DNA of 41,667 nucleotides, taken from assembly GCA_017557715.1 (NCBI GenBank), contig JAFYYE010000230.1, positions 1 to 41,667 of the forward strand, in the 5' to 3' direction. Positions 9,978 through 19,524 of the stretch are shown in pieces. A program made the position numbers and the translations under genes. The notes under the pieces are model-generated. The model saw only the letters and a list, made by a program, of their open reading frames with translations, made no database searches and was not told the DNA's origin. Position 1 is the stretch's first letter, and each line of letters opens with the position of its first letter. The stretch is from Pseudobutyrivibrio sp. Lineage in GTDB: Bacteria > Bacillota > Clostridia > Lachnospirales > Lachnospiraceae.

Positions 9978-10184
9978 ATGGCAATTTCTTATAAGAAATT
10001 ATTCAAGCTGATGATTGATCGTAATTTGAAACGAAAAGATTTGAAAGAAATGACGGGGTTAAGTTATTCGACGATTTCTAAACTTGAACGTGGAGAAAAT
10101 GTACAGGTAGATGTCTTAGAAAAAATATGTATTAAATTGAAGTGTCAGCTAAATGAGATTTCGGAAATAATTTTTGATGAATAG
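9978..10184 (+). CDS. Cro/C1-type HTH regulator heading the defence operon
   Basis: ISYKKLFKLMIDRNLKRKDL...STISKL.RGENV..VLEKIC..L.C. Confidence 0.88.
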   Translation: MAISYKKLFKLMIDRNLKRKDLKEMTGLSYSTISKLERGENVQVDVLEKICIKLKCQLNEISEIIFDE

Positions 10185-10197
10185 TAAGGGTGAAAAT

Positions 10198-11691
10198 ATG
10201 GATATTAATGATTTTGAATATGCAAATCCTAATGCAGCTGCATTGATGCAATCGTTACGAGCGTTTGGGTATGATATTTCAACGGCTATTGCTGACTTGA
10301 TAGACAATAGTATTACAGCAAAGGCAAAAAATATTGAGATTACATTTGATTGGAATAATGGAGAGCCTTGGATATCCATCATTGATGATGGATACGGGAT
10401 GGATGAAGAAGAACTTTTTGAAGCAATGAAAACTGGAGGGAAAAATCCTTTAGATAAACGTGAAGCTGATGATTTGGGCCGATTTGGATTAGGTTTAAAA
10501 ACAGCATCTTTTTCTCAGTGTAAACGTTTGACTGTTGCTTCTAAAAGAGTTGATGAAGGGGTTTATATACGTTGTTGGGATTTGGATGTTGTTAATGAAC
10601 AAAATGCATGGATCCTTTTAAAAAAGGCATCTGATACAGCAAAAGAAGTAATAGATAATTATTTTAAGGATAATAAAAATGGCACTATAGTTTTTTGGGA
10701 GAAAATAGACCGTATTATTCCTGGGTCAAGAATCAATGACGAAGAATATCAAGATGCATTTCTTGATTATGCTAGTATGGTAAAAAATCATATTGCTGTT
10801 GTGTTTTCAGCCTATATGTATGGATATAACAAAATTTCATTTAAGCTGAATGGTAGAGAAATCGATATGTGGGATCCATTTATGTCAGAGCTGTCTACAA
10901 AGATGCCTCAAGAAATTCTATATGTTAATGGTAGCGAAGTGAAGATAAGACCATATATTCTTCCTCATCAGAGCAAACTTTCACCTGAGGAGTTTGCTTT
11001 TTATGCAGGAATACACGGATGGAATGCACAACAAGGATTTTATATATATCGTAATAATAGATTAATAGTATCTGGGGATTGGTTAGTTCCTGGCATGGAA
11101 AAACTTGAACAATATCGCTTAGCTAGAATAAGAATAGATATTGGAAATGAGACAGATACGGAATGGAATATAGATGTTAGAAAATCTACAGCAGTTCCAC
11201 CAATTTCGATAATAAAAGAAATAAAAAGAATAGCCATCGCATCACAGAAAGAATCGTCCAAAATATATAGGCATCGCGGGAAAAAATTGGCGAGGAAAGG
11301 GCAAAAAGAGCAGTTCTTTGTATGGCATCAGAATATTCGACACGGAAAAATAGGGTATTCTGTTAATAGGGAACATCCTATAATAAAAAAATTGCTTGAT
11401 TCTACTCTGAAAAAAGAAATAAAAGAATTATTAGATCTTATCGAGGAAACTGTGCCGGTACCAATGATAATCTCGGATTACTCAGAAAAATCAGATAGTA
11501 TGTTGGAGCCATATGAAGGAAAAAATAAGAACGACTTTGATGATATGATTTTGAATATGTACGAAATGTATATTGGTTGGGGATATACAAAAAAGCAAGC
11601 AATAGAGAATATTGCAAATACAGAGCCATTTATTTATGCACCTGAGAAGATAGGATTATTTTGTGAGAAAGAAGGTATAGATATTGAATAG
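10198..11691 (+). CDS. GHKL (MORC/MutL-like) ATPase, MzaB-like
   Basis: AIADLIDNSITA, IDDGYGM, LGRFGLGLKTASFSQ, GTIV; QGFYIYRNNRLI. Confidence 0.9.
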   Translation: MDINDFEYANPNAAALMQSLRAFGYDISTAIADLIDNSITAKAKNIEITFDWNNGEPWISIIDDGYGMDEEELFEAMKTGGKNPLDKREADDLGRFGLGLKTASFSQCKRLTVASKRVDEGVYIRCWDLDVVNEQNAWILLKKASDTAKEVIDNYFKDNKNGTIVFWEKIDRIIPGSRINDEEYQDAFLDYASMVKNHIAVVFSAYMYGYNKISFKLNGREIDMWDPFMSELSTKMPQEILYVNGSEVKIRPYILPHQSKLSPEEFAFYAGIHGWNAQQGFYIYRNNRLIVSGDWLVPGMEKLEQYRLARIRIDIGNETDTEWNIDVRKSTAVPPISIIKEIKRIAIASQKESSKIYRHRGKKLARKGQKEQFFVWHQNIRHGKIGYSVNREHPIIKKLLDSTLKKEIKELLDLIEETVPVPMIISDYSEKSDSMLEPYEGKNKNDFDDMILNMYEMYIGWGYTKKQAIENIANTEPFIYAPEKIGLFCEKEGIDIE

Positions 11692-14482
11692 TACACAGGG
11701 GACAATGAAATCAATTATTTATGATAATGTTATGCAATTGTTGGTTGACAAGAAAATCATACCTGACAATATTCAACTGGAAATAGAGAAAATGTATAGT
11801 TTTATGAAAAATTACTATGCAGAGCAGGAACTAAACATTGAACTCCTTACAAGAGAAATTCTTTTAGATTACGGAATTTTTGAGGGTTCAGCAAAAGTAC
11901 TAGAAGACAATACAGATCATATCGAGTGGTTAGCAAATGAAAGAGCTAATATCAAATGGAAGTTTTGGGGACGTTATCGGAAGTATTTAGAGGTTCAAGA
12001 AAAACTTCCACCTGAAGTAATCAAGAATATTGACAATACTACTGATGAAATTCTTAAGCGTTTAGAAAGTCCTAAACGAGAAGGCAATTGGGATCGCAGA
12101 GGAATGGTAGTTGGTGATGTTCAATCTGGAAAGACAAGTAATTATAGCGGATTAATTACAAAGGCTTTAGATGCACAGTATAAGATTGTTATTATCCTTG
12201 CGGGCTTAAATAATGATTTAAGAAGTCAAACACAAAAAAGAATTGATAAAGGTGTAATTGGAAGAGATACAAGAAAAAAAGAATCCTATGATCAAACTTC
12301 TTCAAAAATAGGCGCAGGTTTATTACCAGGTTTTGAAGAACCTCCAATCATTTCTGTCACAAGTGCCGATGCGTCTGGCGATTTTAAAAAGAAGGTTCAT
12401 GAAACGATAACAATTACTCCTGGAGGAGATCCGATAGTAGCGGTTGTAAAAAAGAATGTTACACCATTAAAAAACTTATTAAATTGGTTTACTAGTGCTA
12501 ATAATCAAGGAAAGATTGCAAATGTTCCATTATTATTGATAGATGATGAGGCTGATAATGCGTCTATAGATACCAAGTCGTTGAAGCGTATAGGTGTAGA
12601 TGATGATGATGTTGATTTAGAAGAGCAGGATCCAACGAAGATTAACGGTTTAATACGTCAGATTTTAAATTGTTTTACTCAAAGTGCCTATGTGGGATAT
12701 ACAGCGACACCGTTCGCTAATATTTTTATATATCCAACAAACCCTAATAACGTTGGAGAGGAATATGGTGAAGATCTTTATCCTAGGAGCTTCATTGTTA
12801 ATCTTCATGCGCCATCTAACTATATTGGTCCAGAAAAGGTTTTTGGTTTATATCAAGATAGGACTGCGAATCTGAAGGAGGTAAAGCCATTACCGCTTGT
12901 AAGATGTGCTGATGATTATTTGGATTGTTTTCCAGAAAAACATAAAAAAGATTTAATTGTTACTGGTCTTCCAGATTCCTTATATAGAGCTATTTATTCA
13001 TTCATTTTGTCATCAGCTGCAAGAGAGTTGAGAGGTCAAGAGAACAAACATCATTCTATGTTGGTGCATGTTACTAGGTTTGTAGATGTTCAGGCTCAGA
13101 TTACAGAACTTTTATCAGAAGCCGTAAAGAAGATTGCATCTGCTTTGGAGTTTAGGACAGGCCCCTTCTATGATTCTCTCATTATAGAGATGAAAGCTAT
13201 TTGGGAAAATGATTATTTACCTACTTCAATTATAGTGAAAGATAATATTGAGGATCCGTTAATTGAGATTAGTGACTGGGAAGATATTGAGAAAAGATTA
13301 TACCAATGTGCATCGAGAATAGAAGTTAAGTCTGTTAACGGTAAGGCTGCGGATGGTGGACTAGATTATGATTCTTACCCAAATGGATGTCGTGTCATTG
13401 CTGTAGGTGGAGATAAATTATCTAGAGGTTTAACACTAGAGGGACTTTCTGTAAGTTATTATGCACGAATTTCGAGAATGTATGACACTCTTTTGCAAAT
13501 GGGACGATGGTTTGGATACCGTAATGGATATGCTGATTTATGCAGACTATATACTAGTAATCAGCTAGTTGAATGGTACCGACACATTGCTGTTGCAAAC
13601 GCTGAACTAAAGCATGAATTAGATGATATGGCTGATCTTGGTGCTACGCCAGAAACATATGGATTGAAGGTTAGAACTCATCCAGATGGTATGATTATAA
13701 CAGCATTGAACAAGATGAGAAACTCAGAGAAGAGAACAGTAACATATGCAGGAAAATTAGTTCAGATTACAAGATACTATAAGGATAATAATTGTAATGA
13801 AAATAATTTTAATTATTTATGTAGATGGATAGAAACACTTGGTGATTTCAAAGAACCATGTCCTGACACGAGAAATAACTATTGTTGGTATGACGTGTCA
13901 GCTGAAAGAATAGTTGATTTTATAAGTAATATTTCGATACACCATTCTTGCTCAAATGCTTCACCAAAGATAGTAAGTGAATATATTATGAACCAAGTAG
14001 AAGATGGGGAATTGACAGAGTGGACAGTTGGTTTGGTTTCTGTAGCATCATCACTTGAAAAAAGGACAGTTGGTGGATGTGAAATAGGACTAGCATGGCG
14101 AAGTGATAGTTCTGTAACTAATAATGCAAATCCAGATACTGTATATATAATTAATAATAATTTAATTACAGAATCTGATCAGGAAATTGTTCTTAATAGC
14201 CAGGAATATGAAATGGCTATGAAAAGGACTATAGATAATTGGAAAGCTAATGAGAAAAATAATAATCAACCTAAAAATCCATCACCGGTTTGGATTAGAA
14301 AGTGTCAAGATAAGAAGAAGGGGTTATTATTGATATATGTTTTTCAATCGGGTGTTAAGGATAAAGAAACATATAAAAATATTTATGTTGGTTATGCTAT
14401 TGGTTTTCCATACAGTGATACAGCAAGATCAATTGAGTATAAGGTTGACGAAGTATATTTGAGGAATAATTTAGATGAATAA
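11684..14482 (+). CDS. Z1-domain SF2-helicase-like protein, MzaC-like
   Basis: GDVQSGKT Walker A, IDDEADNAS, GYTATPFAN, HSMLVHVTRF, LSRGLTLEGL, DTLLQMGRWFGYR. Confidence 0.92.
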   Translation: MNSTQGTMKSIIYDNVMQLLVDKKIIPDNIQLEIEKMYSFMKNYYAEQELNIELLTREILLDYGIFEGSAKVLEDNTDHIEWLANERANIKWKFWGRYRKYLEVQEKLPPEVIKNIDNTTDEILKRLESPKREGNWDRRGMVVGDVQSGKTSNYSGLITKALDAQYKIVIILAGLNNDLRSQTQKRIDKGVIGRDTRKKESYDQTSSKIGAGLLPGFEEPPIISVTSADASGDFKKKVHETITITPGGDPIVAVVKKNVTPLKNLLNWFTSANNQGKIANVPLLLIDDEADNASIDTKSLKRIGVDDDDVDLEEQDPTKINGLIRQILNCFTQSAYVGYTATPFANIFIYPTNPNNVGEEYGEDLYPRSFIVNLHAPSNYIGPEKVFGLYQDRTANLKEVKPLPLVRCADDYLDCFPEKHKKDLIVTGLPDSLYRAIYSFILSSAARELRGQENKHHSMLVHVTRFVDVQAQITELLSEAVKKIASALEFRTGPFYDSLIIEMKAIWENDYLPTSIIVKDNIEDPLIEISDWEDIEKRLYQCASRIEVKSVNGKAADGGLDYDSYPNGCRVIAVGGDKLSRGLTLEGLSVSYYARISRMYDTLLQMGRWFGYRNGYADLCRLYTSNQLVEWYRHIAVANAELKHELDDMADLGATPETYGLKVRTHPDGMIITALNKMRNSEKRTVTYAGKLVQITRYYKDNNCNENNFNYLCRWIETLGDFKEPCPDTRNNYCWYDVSAERIVDFISNISIHHSCSNASPKIVSEYIMNQVEDGELTEWTVGLVSVASSLEKRTVGGCEIGLAWRSDSSVTNNANPDTVYIINNNLITESDQEIVLNSQEYEMAMKRTIDNWKANEKNNNQPKNPSPVWIRKCQDKKKGLLLIYVFQSGVKDKETYKNIYVGYAIGFPYSDTARSIEYKVDEVYLRNNLDE

Positions 14483-15470
14483 AAGTGAACTTGAAAAAAC
14501 CTGGAATGAAATTGATGCAAAGAAAGGATTATCACAAGATACGTCTTTTCAGCAAATGATTTGTATTGATCTTTTATATAGAGTGTACATTGGTGTAAGT
14601 GGCATTCCAGCAAAAAGATTTATTTCTCTTGAAATTCCAAAGTCATCAAAAGAAGATGTTTTAAATTTTGAACCTGTAAAGGGATTTGAAATTGAAATAT
14701 CAGAACCGACGGTAAAAAATGACGGTTTTGTTTCTTGTACTTTACAGGCATCGTCATCAGATCAAAATGATGTATTTACTATTATTTCTGAAGACATACT
14801 TGTTGAATTATATAAGCATAACAAACACGAAGAATATATTAATGCTTTGCTTAAGCGGATTAATAAATGGCGAGATTTTTTTAAATCAATTTCAAATAAA
14901 AAATTGAGTGAAACACAAGAAATAGGATTATTTGGTGAACTAAGTTTTATTAATTTTGCATTGGACGCTGGTGTGGATTTTGTATCAGACATGTGGAATG
15001 GCCCTATAAGAGCTGCTCAGGATTTTCAAAATGATTCATTTGCGCTTGAGGTAAAAACGGTTATAACGAATGCTATAGAGTATGTAAAAATATCGAGTGA
15101 AGAACAATTGGATATTAGTAATAGAAACAATTTGTTTTTATTGGTCTATAGAATTGAACATGATGAAGCTAAGGGGCAATCGTTACCGGATTTGATCGAT
15201 TGTATTAATTCGAAGATAACTGCTACTCAGAGCAATCGTTTTATGGCTTGTTTATTATGCCTTGGTTACAATCAATTTGATTGTGATTTATATGATAAAA
15301 AATATTCTGTCCGTGAAAATGTTGTTTTTGAAGTTAAAGATGATTTTCCGAGATTATATAGTGGAAATATTCCTGCTGGTGTGAAAAAAATAAAGTATAG
15401 CTTAAATATAGAAATGTGCAAAAAATTTGAATCAGATATAACTAGAATAATAGATATATTAAAGGAGTAG
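14475..15470 (+). CDS. PD-(D/E)XK motif protein (DUF4420), MzaD-like
   Basis: GLFGEL, WNGP...QDF...ALEVKT, ISSEEQL, DFPRL. Confidence 0.88.
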   Translation: MNKSELEKTWNEIDAKKGLSQDTSFQQMICIDLLYRVYIGVSGIPAKRFISLEIPKSSKEDVLNFEPVKGFEIEISEPTVKNDGFVSCTLQASSSDQNDVFTIISEDILVELYKHNKHEEYINALLKRINKWRDFFKSISNKKLSETQEIGLFGELSFINFALDAGVDFVSDMWNGPIRAAQDFQNDSFALEVKTVITNAIEYVKISSEEQLDISNRNNLFLLVYRIEHDEAKGQSLPDLIDCINSKITATQSNRFMACLLCLGYNQFDCDLYDKKYSVRENVVFEVKDDFPRLYSGNIPAGVKKIKYSLNIEMCKKFESDITRIIDILKE

Positions 15471-15474
15471 ACCC

Positions 15475-17589
15475 ATGGCAAAGACAGAAGAATTGCGTCA
15501 GTTTTATGAAGATTTAAGTCAAGAGATTATTAATAAAGCTGCGATAGATGAAACTGAAGACTATAGGGAAAATATTTTCACACAAATCTATATTGATTAT
15601 CTTTGTGAGGCGGCTGAAATTGAAGATGGGAATGTTTGCTTTCATGAAGGTAGAGGAGTGAAGGTAAATGGTTATAGTATTGCGGAAGACGAGAGCTATT
15701 TTGCCATTTTTGTCTCAATATATAAGAATAATCCTGACGTCTATTCAGTTCCGCCTTCAGAAGCTATACAGATGATTAACCGCGCTAAGCAATTCTATCT
15801 AAAATGTTTAAAAAATTATCAAGTAGAGATAGAAGAAGCATATGCTGCTTTTGATTTAGCCAGAAGTATAACAGAATATAAAGATATCATCGATGAAGTT
15901 AAAATAATATTGATGACAAATGGTACTATTCGTTCAACTGTCATTGAACCCGAAGAGATTGATGGAATAACTTTTGAGCCTACAATATGGGATCTTGAGC
16001 GTATATATCGTGTATGTACCTCTGGCGCTGCTAGAGAAAAAATAGAATTTAATTTGAAGGATTTAGCAGGTAAAAATCTTCAGGCTATTAAAATAGACAT
16101 ACCCGAGGTGGAAAGAACAGAAAAGAATGGAGAATCGGTACAAAGTGGAGGATATTCTTCTTACCTTACTGCATTTCCAGGGGATGTTTTATATAAGATA
16201 TACGAAACATATGATGCTAGATTATTAGAAAAGAATGTCAGAGCTTTTTTGCAAGCACGTGGTGGCGTAAATAAAGGAATACGCTCAACTATTTTAGATA
16301 ATCCAGAGATGTTTCTTGCCTACAATAACGGCATATCAGCTACCGCTGAAGCTATAAAGGCTGTTAATAAAGGTGATGGAATATACGAAATTACAGATTT
16401 AATTGATTTTCAAATAGTTAATGGTGGACAGACTACCGCTTCAATTTTTAATGCTTGTATAAAAAATAAGGAGCCATTGGAACATATTTATGTTCAGGCA
16501 AAAATCACCGTACTTAACAATCAGTCTCAAATGGATAAAGTTGTCCCACAAATTTCTGCTTGTGCTAATACGCAGAATAAAGTTCAACTAGCTGATTTTT
16601 CAGCAAATGATGAATTCCATCAGGCTATGGAGGCTCTTTCGAGAACGGTATGGGCGCCTGCTAAAACTGGTGGTGAGCAACAGACTAAATGGTTTTACGA
16701 AAGAGCGCGAGGTCAATATGCTGATACTAGGTCACGTGAAAAGAATGTAAAATATTTTGATTCTATATATCCAAAAGCGCAGTATTTTGACAAGCTAGAG
16801 CTTGCGAGATATGAAAATGTATGGGAGCAATTGCCTTATATTACTAGTAAGGGCGGACAAGCGAGTTTTAGAGATTTTACAATTAGATTAAAAAAAAGGG
16901 GAAAGTTTATTCCGAACCAAGATTATTATCAAGAATTAATAGCAAAAGCAATTCTGTATAGACGCGTTCGACAAATTGTAAGAGCTCAACAGTTTCAAGG
17001 CTTTTGGGCAAATATTGCAGATTATACTGTAGCTTATTTAAGCTATAAATCTGCGCAGAGAATAGATTTACAGAAAATATGGAGACAACAGGCTACATCA
17101 GAGGAAATTGATAGGATGGCTGAAACTGTTTCAAATGCTATATATAATTATCTTACAGAAACATGTGCAGGTATTAATACAACTCAGTGGTGTAAAAAAG
17201 AAATATGTTGGAATGAAATAAAAGAAAAAATTAATATTCCGCTTGATAATGATGTAGTTAAGGGTTTAATACCTCTAGGTAAAGAAAAACCTAGAGGAAT
17301 AGATAATCCTGATGATGGCGAAAATGAAATGATTACAGCTGTTAAAGATGTTCCTGCCGATGTTTGGTTTACAATTAGTTCATGGGGTAAAGAGACTGGT
17401 ATATTGCAAGGCTATCAATGTGGAATAGCAGGTACTCTTGGTAGATATGTTGGATGGCATAAAGCACCTTCGGTAAAACAAGCAAGACAAGGAATAAAGA
17501 TTTTGATAATAGCAAATAGACGAGGATTAACTTTAGATGATGCATGCAAAGAGATAATTTCAAAATATGCTTCATTAGAGGATGATTAG
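15475..17589 (+). CDS. AIPR family protein, MzaE-like
   Basis: LLEKNVRAFL, FLAYNNGI, QIVNGGQTTAS, NTQNKV, WFYERARGQY. Confidence 0.92.
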   Translation: MAKTEELRQFYEDLSQEIINKAAIDETEDYRENIFTQIYIDYLCEAAEIEDGNVCFHEGRGVKVNGYSIAEDESYFAIFVSIYKNNPDVYSVPPSEAIQMINRAKQFYLKCLKNYQVEIEEAYAAFDLARSITEYKDIIDEVKIILMTNGTIRSTVIEPEEIDGITFEPTIWDLERIYRVCTSGAAREKIEFNLKDLAGKNLQAIKIDIPEVERTEKNGESVQSGGYSSYLTAFPGDVLYKIYETYDARLLEKNVRAFLQARGGVNKGIRSTILDNPEMFLAYNNGISATAEAIKAVNKGDGIYEITDLIDFQIVNGGQTTASIFNACIKNKEPLEHIYVQAKITVLNNQSQMDKVVPQISACANTQNKVQLADFSANDEFHQAMEALSRTVWAPAKTGGEQQTKWFYERARGQYADTRSREKNVKYFDSIYPKAQYFDKLELARYENVWEQLPYITSKGGQASFRDFTIRLKKRGKFIPNQDYYQELIAKAILYRRVRQIVRAQQFQGFWANIADYTVAYLSYKSAQRIDLQKIWRQQATSEEIDRMAETVSNAIYNYLTETCAGINTTQWCKKEICWNEIKEKINIPLDNDVVKGLIPLGKEKPRGIDNPDDGENEMITAVKDVPADVWFTISSWGKETGILQGYQCGIAGTLGRYVGWHKAPSVKQARQGIKILIIANRRGLTLDDACKEIISKYASLEDD

Positions 17590-17591
17590 CT

Positions 17592-18359
17592 ATGAGGAAA
17601 AATTGGAGTCGAGAAGAAACAATATTAGCATTGGATTTGTATTGGAAAATACCGTTTTCTAAAATTGGAAAAACTAATAAATTGATTGTACAATTGGCAG
17701 ATTTAATAGGAAGAACGCCAAGTGCAGTAGGTTTAAAAATTGCTAATTTAGCCCATTGGGATCCTGAGCTACAGGCACGAAATATTAGCGGAATGAAAAA
17801 CACAAGTAAGCTTGATAAGGAGATATTCGAAGAATTCTATGGTCGATGGGATCAATTGGCATACGAATCAGAAATAATAAAATCATCGTTCGGTTTGACG
17901 GAAACGGATTGTTATGATGGGGTTGATATGTCAGATATTCCTACTGGTGCTGATAAAGAAAGTGTTGTTAAAACAAGAGTAGGCCAAAAATTCTTTAGAG
18001 AATCTGTTTTAGGAAATTTCAATTATCAGTGCTGTGTTACTGGCATTAATTCTCCGTTGTTGTTGCGGGCTAGTCATATTAAACCATGGCGAAATAGTGA
18101 TCCTCTTACTGAAAGAACAAATCCTAAAAATGGTCTTTGTTTAAATAATTTACATGATCAAGCATTTGATTGTGGTTTGATTACTTTAAACATGAATTAT
18201 GAGCTTATTTTTTCAAAAGAATTAAAAAATGTAAAAATGAATTTGGGTACAAGAGATTGGTTTTATAGTTTTAAAGGGAAAAAAATCTTTTTGCCAGAAC
18301 ATTTTTTGCCGGATAAAAAATTTATTGAATATCATAATGATTATATTTTTATCCAATAG
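17592..18359 (+). CDS. HNH endonuclease (putative restriction nuclease)
   Basis: RVGQKFFR, CCVTG, LRASHIKPW, NGLCL..LHDQAFDCGLI. Confidence 0.9.
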   Translation: MRKNWSREETILALDLYWKIPFSKIGKTNKLIVQLADLIGRTPSAVGLKIANLAHWDPELQARNISGMKNTSKLDKEIFEEFYGRWDQLAYESEIIKSSFGLTETDCYDGVDMSDIPTGADKESVVKTRVGQKFFRESVLGNFNYQCCVTGINSPLLLRASHIKPWRNSDPLTERTNPKNGLCLNNLHDQAFDCGLITLNMNYELIFSKELKNVKMNLGTRDWFYSFKGKKIFLPEHFLPDKKFIEYHNDYIFIQ

Positions 18360-18462
18360 ATGCTTATCATAGATGGATATGATAAAATTAAGTTCATATG
18401 CTGCGGCATTTTCCGCTGTGAACGTGGAAGCACGTTAATCTTAAGAAAGAGAATAATTGTAA

Positions 18463-19524
18463 ATGAAAAAAGAAGTATTTAAATTAGGTGAATTGTACTG
18501 TGGCCCAGGGGGGCTTGCATGTGGAGCGTTACGTGCTAAAAGCGATGATGGGAATTTGGGGTTAGTTCATGCGTGGGCTAATGACTATGATAAAGACACA
18601 TGCGCAACATATACCAAGAACATTTGCCCAGATAATCCTGAAAGTGTTCATTGTGGAGATGTAAGAGAGCTAAATATACCAGCTTTAGGTGAGATTGATG
18701 CCTTTGCTTATGGATTTCCATGTAATTCTTTCTCTAATGTTGGTGAGCACCAGGGATTATCAAACGAAAAATTTGGTCAGTTATATTGGTATGGAATAGA
18801 GGTGTTACGACACTATAAGCCAAAATGGTTTATGGCTGAAAATGTTTCTGGCATAAGGTCTGCTGGTAGTAATGATTTTAAAATTATATTAGATGATATG
18901 CGAGATTCGGGATATAAATTGACAGCCCATCTATATAAAGCAGAAGATTATGGTGTCCCACAAACTCGACACAGAGTTATTATTGTTGGTATTCGAGATG
19001 ATTTAGATGTTGAATTTAAAGTTCCTTCTCCTGCACCATATAAAAAGTGTGATATATCTGCAAGAACTGCTTTATCTGGAATAACACCGGATATGCCTAA
19101 TACAGAAAAAAGAGCATTATCAGATACTGTAGTAGCTAGGCTTTCTTATATAAAGCCTGGACAAAATGTATGGCAAGCAGAAGCTTCTGGAAATTTGCCT
19201 GATGAGCTTAGAATTAAAACAAGGACTAAGATATCGCAGATATATCGTAAATTAGATCCAGATAAACCAAGCTACACTATTACGGCTTCTGGAGGGGGTG
19301 GCACCTTTGGCTATCATTGGACAGATAGAGAACTTACTAATAGAGAAAGAGCTAGGATACAGACATTCCCTGATAACTATGAATTTGTTGGAAAATATGC
19401 ATCAGTAAGAAAACAAATTGGGATGGCAGTTCCATGTAAACTTAGTGAAGTTGTTACTACTGCAATACTAAATTCCTTTGCAGGAATAGAGTATGAGAGT
19501 ATTGAGGCAAATCTTAATGAGTAA
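18463..19524 (+). CDS. DNA (cytosine-5) methyltransferase, resembling M.BbvI/M.NgoFVII
   Basis: Motif I ELYCGPGG, IV GFPC, VI ENV, VIII QTRHR, IX-X RERARIQTFPD / KQIGMAVP; TRD SQIYRKL.PDKPSYTIT.SGGGGT recalled as BbvI-like. Confidence 0.93.
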   Translation: MKKEVFKLGELYCGPGGLACGALRAKSDDGNLGLVHAWANDYDKDTCATYTKNICPDNPESVHCGDVRELNIPALGEIDAFAYGFPCNSFSNVGEHQGLSNEKFGQLYWYGIEVLRHYKPKWFMAENVSGIRSAGSNDFKIILDDMRDSGYKLTAHLYKAEDYGVPQTRHRVIIVGIRDDLDVEFKVPSPAPYKKCDISARTALSGITPDMPNTEKRALSDTVVARLSYIKPGQNVWQAEASGNLPDELRIKTRTKISQIYRKLDPDKPSYTITASGGGGTFGYHWTDRELTNRERARIQTFPDNYEFVGKYASVRKQIGMAVPCKLSEVVTTAILNSFAGIEYESIEANLNE

